Shown here piece after piece: positions 59,469 to 64,000 of a stretch of 64,000 nt of DNA. A model generated the notes under the pieces. The model saw nothing but the letters and a program-made list of their open reading frames with translations, was not told the DNA's origin and made no database searches. Within the stretch, counting starts at the first letter, position 1, and each line of letters begins with the position of its first letter. Source of the stretch: Acidobacteriota bacterium (GTDB taxonomy: Bacteria; Acidobacteriota; UBA890; WLXD01). Made by a program: the position numbers and the translations under genes. The DNA lies in assembly GCA_965248695.1 (NCBI GenBank), contig CBDFKD010000002.1:2752001-2816000 (forward strand). The letters are read 5' to 3'.

Positions 59469-61004
59469 GTGAGCAACCATCGGAACGCCACCACCCACCG
59501 TCCGGTGATCACCGCCGCTCTCGTGACGGTCGCTACTCTCGTGATGCTGCTGTCGGGATCCGGTGCCGCCTCCGGCCAGCAATCGGTCACGCTCCGTCAG
59601 GTGGGCGCTGGTGAGCTGAGATCGCCGAACGGTGGCGGCCGCTGGCAGGGCTTCCGGCCGGGCCCCGCGCCCGCAGAGCGTGCCGCCGCAGGTTCCGATA
59701 TCACTCCGTCCGACTACGCCCGAGCCCGTGCCGCCCTCGCCGAGTACGAGCGCACCTACAGGCGACTACCGGCGCTGAGGACGGACATCCCCAACCGTTA
59801 CCCCTTCTATCCGCAGGCCGGCAAGCACGAGAGCGACCTCTTCTTCACCAACTTCGCCGATCTCGATCCCGCGGGCGGCGCTGGAGCCATCGTTGACTGG
59901 GACTGTACGGGTTACACCTACGACACCCATCACGGCACCGACTCCGGCGTGCGCAGCTTCGCGTTTCAGGACGTTGGCGTGCCGATCTACGCGGCGCTCG
60001 ACGGACGCGTGATCGATACCGACGACGGCAACCCGGACCGCAACACGGCGCTGATCGACAAGCCCGCCAACTACGTAATGATCGATCATGGCGACGGCCA
60101 GACCGGCTTGTACTGGCACATGCGCCGCAACAGCGTGGCGGTGCGGAAGGGCGACAGCGTGGTTGCCGGGCAGACCATCGGCATGACCGCCTCGAGCGGC
60201 TTCAGCACCGGGCCGCACCTGCACTTCGAGACCTGGGAGGATGGCGAGTGGCTGGAGCCGTTCACCGGCAAATGCAATCCGGGCACGAGCGGGTACACCA
60301 AGCAGCTCAAGTTCAAGCGCAAGACATACCTCTGGGACGCGGGCATCACCCACGAGGATCTGGCCAAGCTGCCAACCAAGAAGCTCCCGCCCGAGCAGCT
60401 GCCCTCATCGGGCCAGTTCCAGACCGACGACGAGTTCCTCAACATCTGGTTCTGGGTCGGCAACCTGCCGGAAAGCAGCTCGATGAAGCTGGTGTTCCGG
60501 CGCCCGAACCGCTCCGTCGCCTTCGACACCGGCGTTTTCGACATGGGCAACACCGACTTCCTGAGCGCGACTTGGTGGACGCAACAGTGGCTGGCCAACG
60601 ACATGCGAACAATCACCGGCGATTGGACTGTGGAGCTGCATATCAACCGCAAGAAGCTCGCGACCCTGCCGTTCACCGTGTTGACCAAGCGCGACCCGAA
60701 GAAGAACGGCGCGCCGGCAGCGCTCAAGAAAGTGAAGTTCCGCCGCAAGCCCAAGGCCGGCGTAGTGCCGTTCTGTGAAATCAGTCACTCGCTGATCCTC
60801 GACGATCCCGACTACGATGTCGTGTCATACCGCTACGTCTGGACCGTCAACAACACGGTCGTGCGCGACGTGACGATCGCGGCACACGCCGATGCGCTCG
60901 CCGTCGACCAGTTCGCCAAAGGTGACCGGCTGGAATGCACCGTCACCCCCTCGGACGGCGATCTCGAAGCCGCCAGCAAGACGGTCGGATCCAAGGTCAA
61001 GTAG
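59469..61004 (+). CDS. Secreted M23-family peptidase
   Basis: YDTHHGTD, YWHMR, SGFSTGPHLHFE. Confidence 0.88.
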   Translation: MSNHRNATTHRPVITAALVTVATLVMLLSGSGAASGQQSVTLRQVGAGELRSPNGGGRWQGFRPGPAPAERAAAGSDITPSDYARARAALAEYERTYRRLPALRTDIPNRYPFYPQAGKHESDLFFTNFADLDPAGGAGAIVDWDCTGYTYDTHHGTDSGVRSFAFQDVGVPIYAALDGRVIDTDDGNPDRNTALIDKPANYVMIDHGDGQTGLYWHMRRNSVAVRKGDSVVAGQTIGMTASSGFSTGPHLHFETWEDGEWLEPFTGKCNPGTSGYTKQLKFKRKTYLWDAGITHEDLAKLPTKKLPPEQLPSSGQFQTDDEFLNIWFWVGNLPESSSMKLVFRRPNRSVAFDTGVFDMGNTDFLSATWWTQQWLANDMRTITGDWTVELHINRKKLATLPFTVLTKRDPKKNGAPAALKKVKFRRKPKAGVVPFCEISHSLILDDPDYDVVSYRYVWTVNNTVVRDVTIAAHADALAVDQFAKGDRLECTVTPSDGDLEAASKTVGSKVK

Positions 61005-61119
61005 GGCGGTGGTCAACTCGTCGCAGCTCGGGCAGCGGTCAACGCCGCGCAGCACCGGCGGTCGTGTTCGACTCGCGCCCTCGATTGACTCGGGAAGTAG
61101 TATCTAGCCAATCGCAAGG

Positions 61120-61896
61120 ATGAGACTCGGAGGGGTGTTGATGCGAAGACAGGGATCTCGCGTAGGACAGATCCGGTTGTTGTTGATCTGTGCTGCGCTC
61201 GCGGTGGGATTGCTGGGAACGGCGGCCCGAAGCGAAACGCCTGAGCAAGCCGCTACGCGGGACGGGGCGAAAATACGGTTAGAGAATGTCGACATCTTCG
61301 TCGAGGTCAACGACACCAGTGGAAATGCCGGAATCCAGATGTTTCTCGACGGAGAGGGTTGGGACTCGATGACCCTCATGGATCCGAATGGCAACATGTT
61401 GTTCGACGTGAATGCCGACGGCGGCGTCGGGGCACAGGGCATCACCGAATTCTTCTTCGAGAGCGCCGAGCCGTCGTTCGACGTGCAAACGCTCGAGGAG
61501 CTGCTGGCGCTTTTCCCCGAGGGTGATTACAGCTTCCGAGGGACGACCACGGAGGGGAAGAAACTGAACGGCAAGTCGAAGTTGACCCATGCGATCCCGG
61601 ATGCGCCTCCGATCAAATTTCCGGCAGCGGGAGAGCTCGTGAACCCGAATTGGGCCTGGTTCGAGTGGGGGCGGGTCCCGAACCCACCCGGCAGCAGAAT
61701 CGTTGGCTACGACGTGAGCGTCTGGAACCTGAACAACGGCCGCACGTTCGCCGCCGAGCTTGGATCCAAGGCGAGGACGATAACCGTCCCACCCGAGTTC
61801 ATGGATCCCGCAACGGAGTACAAGTTCGAGGTGCTCGCGATCGAGAGGAGCGGCAACCGGACAATCTCGGAACGGGAGTTCACCACGCAGGACTAG
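61120..61896 (+). CDS. Exported protein with FN3-like C-terminus
   Basis: Signal peptide; FFESAEP; YKFEVLAIERSGNRT. Confidence 0.7.
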   Translation: MRLGGVLMRRQGSRVGQIRLLLICAALAVGLLGTAARSETPEQAATRDGAKIRLENVDIFVEVNDTSGNAGIQMFLDGEGWDSMTLMDPNGNMLFDVNADGGVGAQGITEFFFESAEPSFDVQTLEELLALFPEGDYSFRGTTTEGKKLNGKSKLTHAIPDAPPIKFPAAGELVNPNWAWFEWGRVPNPPGSRIVGYDVSVWNLNNGRTFAAELGSKARTITVPPEFMDPATEYKFEVLAIERSGNRTISEREFTTQD

Positions 61897-61921
61897 GGCA
61901 CACCCAGTTCCGGCCGCGCCG

Positions 61922-62510
61922 CTACGGCCGATAGCCGAACGCGTCGAAGGCGAAGCCCCACTGCTGCCGCACGCGCGCCGCGACCTCCGCGTCGAGCTGG
62001 CCGTATTCGTTCTTGCAATAGCCACGCACCGATTCCAGGTAGCGCTCCAGTGCGGGCATCGCCACGTGGAAGTCGGGAATCTCCAGCCCCTGGTAAACGC
62101 GCTCCAGGATCGCCAGCGGGTCCCGCTCGAGCTCGTCGAATCCGATCTCCACCAGGCGGCCGTCGGGTATTCGCGTCCGCTCGTCCAAGTACGCCCCATA
62201 CAACTGGCGATATCGTCGAAAGATGCGATCGTCGAGGGTCTCTGGACGACCACGCTGATACCGCTAGAACGGTTCCACCACGCGCTCCATGTAGCTGGTG
62301 GACTGGTAGACCCGGTAGGGATCCCGGTGAACATGAACGAAGCGCGCGTCCGGGGGGCCTCCAGCAACAGCGGCACACGCGCGGTGTGCAGCGGCGACTT
62401 GAACAGCCGCCGCCCGTACTTGAGCGTCAGCTTGGCAACTAGGCGGAGGAGGGAAGCGATCCAACGGCGTCGCTCGTCCGCATCGGCGTGGTGGAACGTG
62501 AGATAGCGGT
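61922..62510 (-). pseudogene. Sulfotransferase-family remnant
   Basis: KSPLHTARV, PDARFVHVHRDPY.VYQS, IGFDELERDP across several frames; 5' end missing. Confidence 0.75.
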
Positions 62511-62529
62511 GGTTGTACAGATCAGCCCG

Positions 62530-62976
62530 ACCGGGGAACGCTGGGAATCGCCGTGGGCATGCCGGTACAACGGCTTGGTTGTTACTCCACCGGCTGCTGC
62601 TACGGGCAGCCAACGAGCCTGCCGTGGGGCGTGACCTATTCGGTAACCGGCACCACCTTCCCGAGCTCCGCTCCGCTGAGGGCCGTGATCCATCCGGCGC
62701 AGCTGTACGAGGGCGCCCTGGTCGGGCTCCCTGGCCGTCATGCTGTGGTCGTTTCGTCGCGGGCACGCGCCCGGCGAGGCCAGTTTCATGTTCATCGCCG
62801 GCTACGGCGTGATTCGATTCATGAACGAGTTCTTCCGCGCCGACCCGCGTCTGTATCTGTGGGACGGTGGGCCGCCAGTGCCGCAAGCGGCCAGCCTGGC
62901 GGCGGGTGTGGCGGGCCTGTACGGGCTGTATCGATTGCGCCCGCGACGAGCCGCGATCCCGAGCAAGGGTAGCTAG
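62530..62976 (+). pseudogene. Lgt-like C-terminal fragment
   Basis: RLGCY..GCCYG.PT.LPWGV, HPAQLYE, YGVIRF.NEFFRAD. Confidence 0.75.
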
Positions 62977-63016
62977 CAGGCCGGACCCGCCACCCTGCCA
63001 GCGCGGCCGCCGGAAG

Positions 63017-63217
63017 CTATTCCGACCGCAGCGCCACCACCGGCTCGATACGCGACGCCCGGCGCGCCGGTATCCAGGTTGCCAGTAGCACCACTCCGAG
63101 CATCACCAGGCTGGTGGTCGCGTGCGTCAGCGGATCGAACGGATCGACCTCGTACAGCTGCGACTCCATTGTCCGCACCAGCGCCAGGGTCCCGGCGAGC
63201 CCGAGCCCCAGCCCGGG
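63017..63217 (-). pseudogene. ABC (FtsX/ADOP-type) permease C-terminal fragment
   Basis: LYEVDPFDPLT...LLATWIPARRASRIEPVVALRSE. Confidence 0.8.
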
Positions 63218-64000
63218 CCTCGGGTACACGCGGAACTGGCCGCCGACGGCGTTCGGGTGGGGCGCAAACGCGTGGCACGGCTGATGAGCCAGGCGGGGCT
63301 GGAGGGTGTCAGCCGCCGCCGTCGGCTGCGCACGACGCGCCGCGGTACTGACGCGCAGCCGGTGCCCGATCTGGTGAAACGTGACTTCGCGGTCGGTGCA
63401 CCCGATCGCCTGTGGGTTGCCGACATCACGTACGTCTCTACGTGGTCGGGGTTCTTGTACCTGGCGGTGGTGATGGATGCCTTCAGCCGGCGGGTGGTGG
63501 GCTGGTCGATGGCCAACCACCTGCGTACCGAACTGGTGCTTGAGGCGCTCAACATGGCGATCTGGCAACGCCGACCTGAGAGCGTGATCCACCACTCTGA
63601 TCAGGGCACGCAATACACCTCGATCGCCTTCGGCCACCGCTGCAAGCAGCTCGGTGTACGTCCCTCGACCGGATCAGCTCGCGACTGCTACGACAACGCC
63701 ATGGCCGAGAGCTTCTTCGCGACGCTAGAGACGGAGCTGCTATGGCGGCAGAGCTTCAAGAGCCAGGTCGAAGCCCGCATGGCCGTGTTCGAGTTCATCG
63801 AGGGGTTCTACAACCCACGACGGCGCCACTCTGCGCTCGGAAACCAATCCCCAATCGCCTACGAGAGGAGCTACTCCGAGACCCCGTCACCGGCTGTGGA
63901 AACTGCCGTACCCATGCAGATCGCGCCGCGATCCGCACCGCCACTTGGAAGCCGCTCTGCGGCTCCCACGAGTTCCCACAGCACTACGACTACGGCCTCA
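63218..64000 (+). mobile_element. Second, 5'-truncated copy of the IS3 element (runs off window)
   Basis: Inverted near-identical copy of ~11647-12429, with about 2 substitutions. Confidence 0.92.

Overview
GC-rich bacterial DNA (~65-70% by eye). The VWA proteins, ADOP-type permease and BlaI/M56 pair suggest Acidobacteriota (inference). The window is heavily mosaic. 1-13 kb holds mobile-element debris: an IS21 inserted in a prophage integrase, an AbiE-like antitoxin with a truncated partner, a large serine recombinase remnant, IS256/IS3 fragments and a complete IS3. 13-22 kb is ordinary metabolic and transport genes with two copies of a MITE. 22.6-36.4 kb is the left/early half of a temperate prophage (int, xis, DnaC-like loader, DUF1376 initiator with iterons, RuvC-like, SSB, Sak4, PD-(D/E)XK nuclease, CII-like), cut off by an IS256. 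37.7-64 kb is chromosomal: hydrolases, BlaI/M56, VapBC, a histamine/imidazole-catabolism-like cluster, bTHX, fabI and an M23 peptidase, with many frameshifted or truncated genes and a second IS3. The standout is the prophage immunity region. It is a tandem array of three complete divergent cro/cI-like switch cassettes with different sequences, plus a broken fourth. They are separated by an ~84-bp repeat that supplies the C-terminal codons of the repressors and carries a constant CACTGCG-N15-CGCAGTG inverted repeat. This is a candidate system for storing or swapping phage immunity specificities. No rRNA, intact tRNA, CRISPR array or reverse transcriptase was seen. Product calls come from motif recognition, not database searches.
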